From the NCBI GenBank assembly GCA_964575355.1, contig CAZNQP010000007.1, positions 5,038-69,037 of the forward strand: a stretch of 64,000 bases of DNA. Direction: 5' to 3'. This stretch comes from an uncultured Chloroflexaceae bacterium. Its GTDB lineage: Bacteria; Chloroflexota; Chloroflexia; Chloroflexales; Chloroflexaceae. The translations under genes were made by a program, and so were the position numbers. How positions within the stretch are numbered: position 1 is the first letter of the stretch; each line of letters opens with the position of its first letter. Below the pieces are notes generated by a model. It was not told where the DNA came from, made no database searches, and saw only the letters and a list, made by a program, of their open reading frames with translations. This document shows positions 38,224-47,168 of this stretch, piece after piece.

Positions 38224-39238
38224 CCCGCCGCTTGCCGCCGCCGTCGCACGGCTGGCGGGCTGGCGCGTGCTAGTCGTGGGCGACCTCACCCTCGATGAAT
38301 ACCTGTTTGGGCAACCTACACGCCTCTCGCGCGAGGCACCCGTCCCCGTGCTCGAACTGCGCGAACGACAGTACATTCTGGGCGGGGCAGCCAACCCCGC
38401 CCGCAATATTGTTGCGCTGGGCAGCACCGCCGTGCAGGTGGGCGTGGTGGGCGACGACCACGAGGGCGACCACATGCGGGCGGCGTTTGCGGCGGCGACC
38501 ATTGACGCTACCGGGGTAGTCACCCTGCCCGACCGCCCCACCACCGTTAAGACGCGCATTATGGCGCACGAGCCACCCCGCCTGCCGCAACAACTTGCCC
38601 GCCTCGACCGCCTGCAACGCGGCGCACTGAATCCTGCCGACGGTGCGCGGGTACTGGCAACCATCACACGGCTACTGCCCACCGTAGATGCCGTGCTCTG
38701 TTCAGACTATCAACTGGGCTTACTGTCAGCCGACGTGGTGGCGGCAATTCGGGCGGCGTGTCGGGCACGCGGTATCTTGCATACGGTAGACGCACAGGGC
38801 AACGCCGACTACTACCACGGCATAGACCTATTCCGCTGCAACGACCGCGAAGCCGCCGCCACCTTGGGGGTGCCGCTTCGGAGCGAGGACGACTTCCGGC
38901 GGGGGCTACGTGCGCTCCACGAGCGGTTGCAGGCGCGGCTTGTCATTGTGACCCGCGGACCAGATGGGCTGTCGCTTCAGACTGACACGGGGGAGTACCA
39001 CCACATCGCGGCGCACAATACGAGCGAGGTGTACGACACAACGGGGGCAGGCGATACTTTTATTGCGGTGGTGACACTGGGGCTGGTGGCGGGCTTGTCA
39101 CCCATCACAGCCGCGCAGGTTGCGACGGTAGCCGCGGGGCAAGTGGTACAACGGCTCGGCAATGCCGTCGTTACCCCTGCCGAATTGATGGAGGCGTGTG
39201 CGCGTCCGCCCGTGTTACGCACCCGCCCCCCCGATTGA
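38216..39238 (+). CDS. PfkB-family sugar kinase, RfaE domain I / heptose-7-phosphate kinase-like
   Basis: VLVVGD..LDEY..G...R.SREAPVPVL N-terminus and GAGDTF motif. 8-nt overlap with the upstream gene. Confidence 0.8.
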   Translation: MHNPPLAAAVARLAGWRVLVVGDLTLDEYLFGQPTRLSREAPVPVLELRERQYILGGAANPARNIVALGSTAVQVGVVGDDHEGDHMRAAFAAATIDATGVVTLPDRPTTVKTRIMAHEPPRLPQQLARLDRLQRGALNPADGARVLATITRLLPTVDAVLCSDYQLGLLSADVVAAIRAACRARGILHTVDAQGNADYYHGIDLFRCNDREAAATLGVPLRSEDDFRRGLRALHERLQARLVIVTRGPDGLSLQTDTGEYHHIAAHNTSEVYDTTGAGDTFIAVVTLGLVAGLSPITAAQVATVAAGQVVQRLGNAVVTPAELMEACARPPVLRTRPPD

Positions 39239-39251
39239 CCGTCATTCCCCG

Positions 39252-39671
39252 CTACTGCGTACCCGAATCCGATGGACGCGGGGCACTCGCGGCATCTGTG
39301 GGGGCAACATCCGGGGCATCCGCACTGAAGTGCTGCAATGCCTCGGCTTCATCCTGATAGATGTCGGCATAGCCAGATAGCCCGACCATGCGGAATATCT
39401 TTTGGAAATGCTGCGACAACCCACTGAAGGCAAGCCGTTGCTTATTGTTGTTGACTTCGTTCACGATGCCAATCAGAATGGCAATACCCGCACTGTTGAT
39501 ATAGTCGTTCGCGCGGAAATTGAACAGGATCAGCTTTAGCCCCTGTTGCGTCGCTTCTTGGTATGCACCATTGATTTTCTCTTCTGCAAACGTCGTCACA
39601 TCGCCAACCAGATCAATAATCGCAATCGTATCGTGCTGGCGTAGATTGACGGTCAGTTCGTCTTCGAGCAT
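39252..39671 (-). CDS. STAS-domain anti-sigma-factor antagonist (SpoIIAA/RsbV/RsbS-like)
   Basis: DL.G...A......Y......I.NF....YINSAGIA.L with a conserved Ser. P/A/D-rich 30-aa tail. Confidence 0.88.
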   Translation of the reverse strand: MLEDELTVNLRQHDTIAIIDLVGDVTTFAEEKINGAYQEATQQGLKLILFNFRANDYINSAGIAILIGIVNEVNNNKQRLAFSGLSQHFQKIFRMVGLSGYADIYQDEAEALQHFSADAPDVAPTDAASAPRPSDSGTQ

Positions 39672-39692
39672 GCAGTCCCTCCCCAGATGATA

Positions 39693-40151
39693 TTAGACGG
39701 GCGGTGCGCCCTCGGAAGCCACCGGTGTCGGTGGGCGGTTCCAGATGAGCCGCAGGTTACGGCGGTTCGGCGCGATCACGGCAAGGCGTAGGTCATCGGC
39801 AAGCTGTTGCATCAAGAGCCAGCCAAGTTCACGGTAGGTCGGCGTGGTCGGCAACATCGTCATCGGCGGGGCAGTCTGGTAGGTGAGCAGAGTCGCCGGT
39901 TCGCCATAGCACACATCCACTGCGAGTTGATAGCCATCAAAGGAACAGTCAATTACGATTGGCGTATCACTCTCTGAGACAATCCGGTCAAGCACCGCGA
40001 GGAACGCCTCGCCCAGTGCCGACGTAATGTCAGCGACGCGGCTACCCTGAAACCCCACACACCGCGCATAGGCGGCAACACTCTTGCGGGCAATACGCTC
40101 AAAGGCGCGATCGGCAGGAAGCGAGAGCGTTAACTGGTCGTGTTTATTCAC
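39693..40151 (-). CDS. degenerate GHKL (RsbW-like) paralogue lacking N-box Asn
   Basis: Same length and layout as the upstream gene, but the N-box reads ALGEAFLAVLDRI and the G-boxes are eroded. ATGA-type overlap with the upstream gene. Confidence 0.7.
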   Translation of the reverse strand: MNKHDQLTLSLPADRAFERIARKSVAAYARCVGFQGSRVADITSALGEAFLAVLDRIVSESDTPIVIDCSFDGYQLAVDVCYGEPATLLTYQTAPPMTMLPTTPTYRELGWLLMQQLADDLRLAVIAPNRRNLRLIWNRPPTPVASEGAPPV

Positions 40152-40609
40152 TGCTCGTCTTGCTCCAGATGGATCACCATACGCACCTGATTACCACCCG
40201 ACGGAGCGGTGGTAAACTCGACTTCATCCACAAGTTCGCGGATGAGCCAGATACCCCACCCCCCTTTGTCCTCACGCTCAAGTGCCGCTTCAATCGTCGG
40301 CGTGTGGGTGAGCGCGTCGGGGTCTATGGTTCTCTTCCCGTGGTCGGTAATACTGACCAGCAAGCGATTATCCCGTACCATCAAGACAACCACCACCTTC
40401 ATGGCTTCGTCGTGCTGGTTGCCATGCTCGATAGCGTTGGTCACTGCCTCACTGATGGCAGTCTTGAGCGACGCAATACGCCCTTCTTCAAAGCCCATGC
40501 GTGCCGCTATAGATGACGCTGCATCCATCGCTACCCGCTCATACCCCAGACGACTGGGCAGGCGCAACTCAATTACTTTTTGGTCGGGTGCGGGGGTTTC
40601 GTCGCCCAT
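40148..40609 (-). CDS. RsbW/SpoIIAB-like anti-sigma regulatory serine kinase
   Basis: N-box ISEAVTNAIEHGN, G2 GGWGIWLIRELVDEVEF. 153 aa. Confidence 0.88.
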   Translation of the reverse strand: MGDETPAPDQKVIELRLPSRLGYERVAMDAASSIAARMGFEEGRIASLKTAISEAVTNAIEHGNQHDEAMKVVVVLMVRDNRLLVSITDHGKRTIDPDALTHTPTIEAALEREDKGGWGIWLIRELVDEVEFTTAPSGGNQVRMVIHLEQDEQ

Positions 40610-40790
40610 CCCTACGCTGTCCTTTATTGTCTGTCTGTATACCCGTTATCATCTACGACAGCAAGACGTACTTCTTGAAATCAGCCACTCTTGGTTCGTC
40701 GCACTACCTAGAACGACGACACTACGCAATTTTGCGCTTGCAGCGGCGAGTCATCACTATTCTGATAGCGGGCATATCCCAACAACTTCC

Positions 40791-40799
40791 AGTATACCA
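40791..40799 (-). promoter_or_regulatory. extended -10 TGGTATACT, giving a ~175-nt leader for the partner-switching operon
   Basis: Minus strand TGGTATACT in the 242-bp spacer after the M23 peptidase gene. Confidence 0.4.
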
Positions 40800-40851
40800 T
40801 ATTCTCTTTACGGTGCACGGTATGCCCCACCGCGCAATGCAAAGAACACGA

Positions 40852-42837
40852 CTATTTGGTGGCGGCGGTGGGCGGTGCGGCATCATCGGCATCAGCCACG
40901 GGCACCCACGCGACAGCATCAGCCCACAGCCCCCGCCCGTTATCGCCTGCCAGCGTGCTGAGGATCACGCGCGACTGGTCGCCCGCCGCGAAGTCATAGG
41001 TGCCCAGATCAGCCCAGAAGTTGGCGTGCTGCTCAGCGTTGATCGTCGTGGCGGCGTGTGTGGTGCCTGCCTGCACGACATAGCGCACTGCCCGCGAGTC
41101 GTCCATGCCGTTGAGCACATAAGGGACATACGCGAGCACGCGGTAGCGTCCGTCGGTCGGGAATGTGGTTTCCCACACCGCGACGGCGGGGGTCTCGGCA
41201 ACAACCCGCACCTCGCCTGCCCGCCCACGCGGTGCCCCAAAGGTCGAGGCGGTAAACAACGCGCCACCACCGTACCCAAGGGGGCTACTCTGCCACTCGC
41301 CCTGCGTCTTGAAGCCGGGGGACGTGTTGTCTACCAGCAACGTACCGGGCGGCGGTGGCGCACACGGGCACGGCATGTCCGCCCAGAGCCAGTGACTTTC
41401 GTTGCCTGCCGGGTTGGTCGCCCACGGCGAGTCCGCGTTCCCACACCAACCATACGGGTCAACATCACGCCCGTGGTACTGCACCTGAAAGTGCAGGTGC
41501 GGACCAAAGGCGCACCCCGTCGCGCCCGCCATGCCAAGCTGGTCGCGGGCGGCAACCTCCTGCCCAATCTCGACATCAACGCGACTGAAGTGCCAGTAGA
41601 GCGTGCGATAGCCGTTACCGTGCTCGATAATGACCGCCCCGGCGGGTGTGGCGCACCCGTCGTCCGAATTGCCCGCGAACACAACAGTGCCGGGTGCCGC
41701 CGCCAGAATAGCATCGGTATCGAACATGCCGTAATCCCAGCCGGTGTGCCCATCATACGACAGTTGCGCGTCGGTGATGCCCCAGAATGCCGTGACAGTA
41801 CCGTTCGGTTGCAACAATGGCGTGTCGTGGTCGAAGAATGACGTGACCCGGATGGGACGCTCCATGGGCATCACCAAAAACGGCGCGGCGGGGGCGTGCC
41901 AATCGTCGGGCACGGTGCGCGGGTCGCCAAACATGCGGGCATAGGTCGTGACAAAGCGGTTCATGGCGGCATCCAGTCCACCGGGGTTAACAGTCCGTGC
42001 CAGCGTCCGCGCCAGCGCATATTCTGCCAAGCCCATGCTGCTCGTCACCTCTACCTTGCTCCCGTCGGCATATTCGAGCGGGGGCAACGGCGCACCACGC
42101 GCGTGCAGCGCGTAATCGCGCAGGGCACCGCGCAACGCAAACATACCCCACCGCAACTGGCTAAACAACCCTGCCTGACTACCATTGTCACCATAGAAGC
42201 CCATCGCCCACTGCGTCTGTTCGGGCGACGGTTGCGCGGTCGTCACCAGTGCGCTCTGGCTCTCCAGCAGTGCCAGCCCAATTGCGGGGCTAACGCTGTA
42301 CAGGCTCGCCATGCTCACCAGCACATCGGCAAAACTATGCGAACGACTACCCACCTGAAAGCGGACGTTGAGCAAGCTACTGTTGTTCTGGCTCAACAGG
42401 GCATTGATTTCAGGCTGGTAGAAATCGGGGATGTAGCTAAAACGGCGCGGATGAAAGAAGTCGTCGGGCGGCTCGCGGAACACGGCGTAGCGTGGCACTG
42501 GCTCTGGTGCTGGGGCGGCACCCGTCACCGGGGCAAGCGGGGACAGTGTTGCAGTGGGGAAGCTCACCGCCTGCGGCGTGCCAGCCAGCGCAGTAGGGGT
42601 GGCAGTCACGGCGGTGGGCATAGTGGCGTGCGCCCCGTTCGGCTCAGGCGCGGTCGTGGGCGATACTGCCACCGCGTTGCCCGGTGCAGGCGACTGCGCC
42701 AGAAACCACCCCGCCACCCCACCGATCACGGCGGCGACGAGCAGCAACACCCCCGCCGTCACGAGCGGCGAAGGCGTGCGCTGTTTGCGGGCATGGTCGC
42801 GGGCGCGGCGGGCGCGGCGCGGCGTGTTGTCGTTCAC
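40852..42837 (-). CDS. membrane-anchored M23 (LytM) family peptidoglycan metalloendopeptidase with large extra domains
   Basis: HTGWDYG (HxxxD) and GPHLHFQV (HxH). N-terminal TM helix. 661 aa. Confidence 0.9.
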   Translation of the reverse strand: MNDNTPRRARRARDHARKQRTPSPLVTAGVLLLVAAVIGGVAGWFLAQSPAPGNAVAVSPTTAPEPNGAHATMPTAVTATPTALAGTPQAVSFPTATLSPLAPVTGAAPAPEPVPRYAVFREPPDDFFHPRRFSYIPDFYQPEINALLSQNNSSLLNVRFQVGSRSHSFADVLVSMASLYSVSPAIGLALLESQSALVTTAQPSPEQTQWAMGFYGDNGSQAGLFSQLRWGMFALRGALRDYALHARGAPLPPLEYADGSKVEVTSSMGLAEYALARTLARTVNPGGLDAAMNRFVTTYARMFGDPRTVPDDWHAPAAPFLVMPMERPIRVTSFFDHDTPLLQPNGTVTAFWGITDAQLSYDGHTGWDYGMFDTDAILAAAPGTVVFAGNSDDGCATPAGAVIIEHGNGYRTLYWHFSRVDVEIGQEVAARDQLGMAGATGCAFGPHLHFQVQYHGRDVDPYGWCGNADSPWATNPAGNESHWLWADMPCPCAPPPPGTLLVDNTSPGFKTQGEWQSSPLGYGGGALFTASTFGAPRGRAGEVRVVAETPAVAVWETTFPTDGRYRVLAYVPYVLNGMDDSRAVRYVVQAGTTHAATTINAEQHANFWADLGTYDFAAGDQSRVILSTLAGDNGRGLWADAVAWVPVADADDAAPPTAATK

Positions 42838-42871
42838 TCGGTCAATCTCCCGCTAGGGTCTCGTGTGGTGG

Positions 42872-43846
42872 TCAGGCTTCCGGTAGCAACAAGAGCTTGC
42901 CCGCCGTCTTACGGCTTTCCAGTGCGACGTGCGCGGCGGCGGCTTCGGCAAGCGGGTATTCGTGATCCACGCGCACCGTGAGCGAGCCATCGAGGAGCGC
43001 GTTAAACACGTCGCTCGAACGAGTCGCCAGTTCGTGCGGGGTCGCAATATAGGTGCCGAGCGAGGGGCGCGTCACGAACAATGAACCTTTCGCGTTGAGG
43101 ACTTGCAGGTCAATCGGCGGCACTGCGCCACTGCTCTGCCCATATAATACCATCATGCCGCGCGGCTTCAGGCAGTCCAGCCCACCGGCAAACGTCGTCT
43201 GCCCCACCGAGTCATACACCACGTCTACGCCCGCGCCGTTGGTCAGTAGGCGTACCTGCTCAACAAAGTCGTGCTGGGTGTAGATGATAATCTCGTCGGC
43301 ACCCAACCCCAGTGCAATCGTGCCCTTTTCACTCGTCGAGACCGTGCCGATCACCCGCGCATTGTGCCGCTTTGCCATCTGGACTACCAGTTGCCCGGTT
43401 GCGCCTGCCGCCGCGTGTACCAACGCAGTGTGCGCCGGACCAAGCGGGAAGGTGCTGTGGGTCAGGTAGTGGGCAGTCATGCCCTGCAACAGCACCGCCG
43501 CCGCCAGCTTGAGATCGAGCGCGGCGGGCACATGCACAGCTTTCACGGCAGGGATACAGCTATATTCGGCATACGCGCCGGGATGAAAGCCACAGGCTAC
43601 ATGGTCGCCCACCTTGAAGTCGAGGACACCCTCGCCCACAGCATCTACCACCCCTGCCAGCTCGACCCCCGGCGTGAAGGGCAACGGCATTGGGTAGCTC
43701 CCGCTCCGGTGGTACGTATCTATAAAGTTCACCCCGGCGGCAACCACCTTCACCCGCAGTTCGTTGCGCTGCGGTTCAGGCACAGCCACATCAGTATACA
43801 CAAGGGCTTCAGGTCCGCCGGGTTGCTGTATCTGAATCGCTTTCAT
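42872..43846 (-). CDS. NADPH:quinone oxidoreductase (MDR/zeta-crystallin family)
   Basis: MKAIQIQQPGGPE.L, AAGVNFIDTY.R.G, HAAAGATG. Start 43846 versus 43867 is unresolved. Confidence 0.88.
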   Translation of the reverse strand: MKAIQIQQPGGPEALVYTDVAVPEPQRNELRVKVVAAGVNFIDTYHRSGSYPMPLPFTPGVELAGVVDAVGEGVLDFKVGDHVACGFHPGAYAEYSCIPAVKAVHVPAALDLKLAAAVLLQGMTAHYLTHSTFPLGPAHTALVHAAAGATGQLVVQMAKRHNARVIGTVSTSEKGTIALGLGADEIIIYTQHDFVEQVRLLTNGAGVDVVYDSVGQTTFAGGLDCLKPRGMMVLYGQSSGAVPPIDLQVLNAKGSLFVTRPSLGTYIATPHELATRSSDVFNALLDGSLTVRVDHEYPLAEAAAAHVALESRKTAGKLLLLPEA

Positions 43847-43863
43847 TGCTCCCATGCATGTGC

Positions 43864-44910
43864 TCACTTTCGTGTCTCTGCTACTGCTTGCTGCCCGTTA
43901 TTATCCCTGTTCAGGGCAGGCGCGTCAAATGGTTGGGGGGGCGGGTGCGCCACCTGCCCGTATGCCCACAGGTTGGCACGCAGGGTCGCACGCGGCAACC
44001 GCCCGCGCCCGTGCTGCCACCAATCGTGCAGGGTCAGGCGCAGCATGCCCGCCCGCGTGATGGCACGATGCAGCGCAAGTTGGTGCGGTGTGCGGTGTTG
44101 CTGCAAAAACCGCTCGCGGCTGCGGTGCAACGCGACCAGCATACGCGGGCGCACCTGCCCCGTGGCGGCACCGCCCACATGCACGACCTGCGCCTGTGGC
44201 ACCTGCCAGATCGCCCAGCCTGCCTGCCGAATGCGCCAGCACCATTCAATTTCTTCGCTATACATAAAGTAGCCTTCATCGAACAGACCCACCTCATCGG
44301 CGACCGCACGGCGCACCAGCATGCACGCCCCAAGCGGGTGATCTATCGGGAAGGGGCGCGGCGACGCGGCACGCTCGGCGGGGTATCGCCCGTGCCACCA
44401 CGAATTGTGCAGCCGCCCCGGCAGCACGTCGCCGGGGGGGAACATATCGAGCAGGCTCATGCTCAGCGTCGGGAACCGGAATGCGCCGCTCTGGATGCTG
44501 CCGTCCGGGTTGAGGAGGCGCGGTGCGACCATGCCCACACGCGGGTGCGCCTGCAAGAATGCCACTAGTATTTCAATGGCACCCGGCTGCACAACGGTAT
44601 CGGGGTTGAGCAGCAACACGAACGGCGGCAGCGGCATGCGTGTCGTCCTGTCTGCCTCGCGGAGCAACCGCATCCCGATGTTATTTGCCGCCGCAAAGCC
44701 AACATTCCGCGGCAGGGTTACCACTTCGGCAGCAGGCGCAACCTGCCGCGCACGCTGCACGCTGTCATCGGCAGAGGCATTGTCCACGACCACGACCTGC
44801 AACGAGAGGCGACACGTTTGCAGCGAGCACAGGCACGCTGCGAGCAAATCGGCGGTGTTGTACGATACAATCACGACCCGTACCACGGGCGCGGAAACTG
44901 GTGTATGCAT
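43864..44910 (-). CDS. family 2 glycosyltransferase
   Basis: VVIVSYNT, VVDNASADDS, LLLNPDT. ATG at 44910 chosen. The upstream 43 ORF codons were discarded. Confidence 0.85.
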   Translation of the reverse strand: MHTPVSAPVVRVVIVSYNTADLLAACLCSLQTCRLSLQVVVVDNASADDSVQRARQVAPAAEVVTLPRNVGFAAANNIGMRLLREADRTTRMPLPPFVLLLNPDTVVQPGAIEILVAFLQAHPRVGMVAPRLLNPDGSIQSGAFRFPTLSMSLLDMFPPGDVLPGRLHNSWWHGRYPAERAASPRPFPIDHPLGACMLVRRAVADEVGLFDEGYFMYSEEIEWCWRIRQAGWAIWQVPQAQVVHVGGAATGQVRPRMLVALHRSRERFLQQHRTPHQLALHRAITRAGMLRLTLHDWWQHGRGRLPRATLRANLWAYGQVAHPPPQPFDAPALNRDNNGQQAVAETRK

Positions 44911-44916
44911 GCCCGG

Positions 44917-44945
44917 ATTGTACCCGCAAGTGCTGCTTCTGTCAT
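44917..44945 (-). promoter_or_regulatory. promoter ATGACA-17-TACAAT placed for a leaderless GT2 mRNA
   Basis: Minus strand reads ATGACA gaagcagcacttgcggg TACAAT ccgggc ATG. The A of the ATG is the 7th nt after the -10. Confidence 0.5.
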
Positions 44946-45047
44946 CTGGGCAGAGCAGGCGGCGACGCGGGCAGGGGCGCACGACAGATGCAACGCCCCC
45001 CACCGACGCGCCTGTAACCGGGGGCGTGTAGCCCTGCAACCGGTGTA

Positions 45048-45056
45048 TGCTATAAT
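45048..45056 (+). promoter_or_regulatory. extended -10 TGCTATAAT upstream of mreB
   Basis: About 104 nt before the mreB ATG. A second TATAAT sits at 45142-45147. Confidence 0.5.
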
Positions 45057-45159
45057 GACGTGTGGTTATAGGTGGTCATAGATAGATCGAACAATGCGTC
45101 GTATGCCGTGGCATACCGCGTGCGGGAGCAGAACGGTGGCATATAATCCTTTAAACACC

Positions 45160-46215
45160 ATGTACGGTGCCTTCAGCCGCGACCTTGGCATTGACCTTGG
45201 CACGGCAAACACGCTGGTACACGTGCGGGGCAAAGGTATTGTAATTAGCGAACCTTCGGTGGTGGCAATTGACATGCGGACGCGCCAAGTGTACGCCGTT
45301 GGCGCGGAAGCCAAAGCCATGCTGGGCAAAACGCCCGCCAACATCGTGGCGGTACGCCCCCTCAAGGATGGCGTGATTGCCGACTTTGCCGTCGTCGAGA
45401 AGATGCTCGACTACTTCATCAAGAAAGCCCACGAAAACAGCGTCACCCTGCTGCCGCCCCGCCCGCGTGTGGTGGTGGGGGTGCCCTCTGGCGTGACCGA
45501 AGTGGAAAAACGCGCCGCCCGTGATGCAACCCTCAACGCCAACGCCCGTGAAGCCTACATCCTTGAAGAACCGATGGCTGCCGCGATTGGTGCCGGGCTT
45601 CCCGTTGAGGAGCCGATTGGCAGCATGATCGTGGACATCGGCGGGGGCACAACGGAGGTGGCGGTAATCTCGCTCGGCGGCATCGTCATCAACCACTCAA
45701 TCCGCACGGCAGGCGACGAGATAGACGAGTCGATCATCCAGTTTGCCCGCCGCGAATACAACCTGCTGATCGGCGAGCGCATGGCTGAACGTGCCAAAAT
45801 TATGGCGGGCAGTGCCTACCCGCTCGACGAAGAAATTAAGGTGGTGTTGCGTGGGCGCGACCTGCTGACCGGGCTACCCAAAGCCGTTGAGGTCAGTAGC
45901 GTCGAAATCCGTGAGGGCATCGCCGGTCCGATCAACCTCATCGTGCAAGAGGTACGCAACGCGCTGGAAGAAACGCCGCCCGAACTAGTCGCCGACATCA
46001 TGGAGCACGGCATCACGCTCGCAGGCGGCGGTGCACTGCTCCACGGTCTCGACCGCCGCATCGCGGCAGAAACACGCATGCCGGTCTACATCGCCGAAGA
46101 CCCGCTGTCGTGTGTGGCACGCGGTGCAGGCAAAATGATTGAGGACTTCGACAACTCGATCTACCGCAACATTCTGCTGCAAACCCAGAGCCAACGGCGT
46201 ATCAAGCGGGTGTAG
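45160..46215 (+). CDS. mreB: rod-shape-determining protein MreB
   Basis: ATG at 45160. FSRDLGIDLGTANTLV, DIGGGTTEVAV, actin-fold motifs. Confidence 0.95.
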   Translation: MYGAFSRDLGIDLGTANTLVHVRGKGIVISEPSVVAIDMRTRQVYAVGAEAKAMLGKTPANIVAVRPLKDGVIADFAVVEKMLDYFIKKAHENSVTLLPPRPRVVVGVPSGVTEVEKRAARDATLNANAREAYILEEPMAAAIGAGLPVEEPIGSMIVDIGGGTTEVAVISLGGIVINHSIRTAGDEIDESIIQFARREYNLLIGERMAERAKIMAGSAYPLDEEIKVVLRGRDLLTGLPKAVEVSSVEIREGIAGPINLIVQEVRNALEETPPELVADIMEHGITLAGGGALLHGLDRRIAAETRMPVYIAEDPLSCVARGAGKMIEDFDNSIYRNILLQTQSQRRIKRV

Positions 46216-46259
46216 CGGGGGAGGGCACCGCCCCCCCCAACGCACGCGGAACGGACGTT

Positions 46260-47168
46260 ATGCGCGAATATCTTGACCGTAGCCGACTAAAACTGCGCCG
46301 CAACCGCACCACCAGCGACGGTATCCGCTGGGCACTGGTGCTGGCGGCGGTGCTGGCAGTCGCCATGATCGGGCTGTTCTGGCTCGACACCAGCGGCATC
46401 GCCCGCCCGGTGCACAGCCTGACCGACCGTGCCCTCAGCCCGTTGGCAGGCGGCACCCAGTTCGTCAGCAACGGGGTGAATAACACGGCGGGCGACCTGA
46501 CCACATGGGGGAGCCTCGCAGACGAAAACGAGCAACTGCGCCAGCGCATCAGCCAGCTTGAAGCCGACATCATCGAACTGGAGCAAGCCCGCGTCGAAAA
46601 CGAACAGCTACGCCAGCAACTTGACTTGGAGACGCGCAACCCATGGCGTACCGTCGGGGCAGAGGTGCTGATGCATTCGCCCGATGCCGGACACCGCACG
46701 CTCACCATTGCTGCCGGACGCGCCAGCAACCTTGCAACCGGCATGGCAGTGCTGGGGCAGACCGGCACGGGACCCGTTGCACTGGTCGGGGTCGTCGAAG
46801 AGGTGAACGACACCACCGCGACCGTGCTGCTCATCACCGACCTGAACAGCCGCCTGAGCACCCGCATCATCTGGGATGGCGAGTCGGCACTGGGGCTGAT
46901 GCAGGGGCAATGGCAGCAGGGCGCACGCCTGCGGCTCGAACAGGTCAACTATGACAATGTGATGCAGCCAGATGCTATCGTCGTCAGTGCCGGACTGACG
47001 GGCAACCTTGACCTCCCACTCCCGCTTGCGACGCTGCCGGCGGACATCCCAATCGGCACGCTGGTCAATGTACGCCGCGAGGGTACCGGGCAGGTTGCCG
47101 ACATCAACCCCTATGCCGACCCAGATCAGGTACGCTATGTATGGGTGATACGCGACCACGGCGGCTAG
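46260..47168 (+). CDS. mreC: rod-shape-determining protein MreC
   Basis: N-terminal TM helix, coiled coil (ENEQLRQRISQLE), beta-rich C-terminus. Follows mreB. Confidence 0.88.
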   Translation: MREYLDRSRLKLRRNRTTSDGIRWALVLAAVLAVAMIGLFWLDTSGIARPVHSLTDRALSPLAGGTQFVSNGVNNTAGDLTTWGSLADENEQLRQRISQLEADIIELEQARVENEQLRQQLDLETRNPWRTVGAEVLMHSPDAGHRTLTIAAGRASNLATGMAVLGQTGTGPVALVGVVEEVNDTTATVLLITDLNSRLSTRIIWDGESALGLMQGQWQQGARLRLEQVNYDNVMQPDAIVVSAGLTGNLDLPLPLATLPADIPIGTLVNVRREGTGQVADINPYADPDQVRYVWVIRDHGG

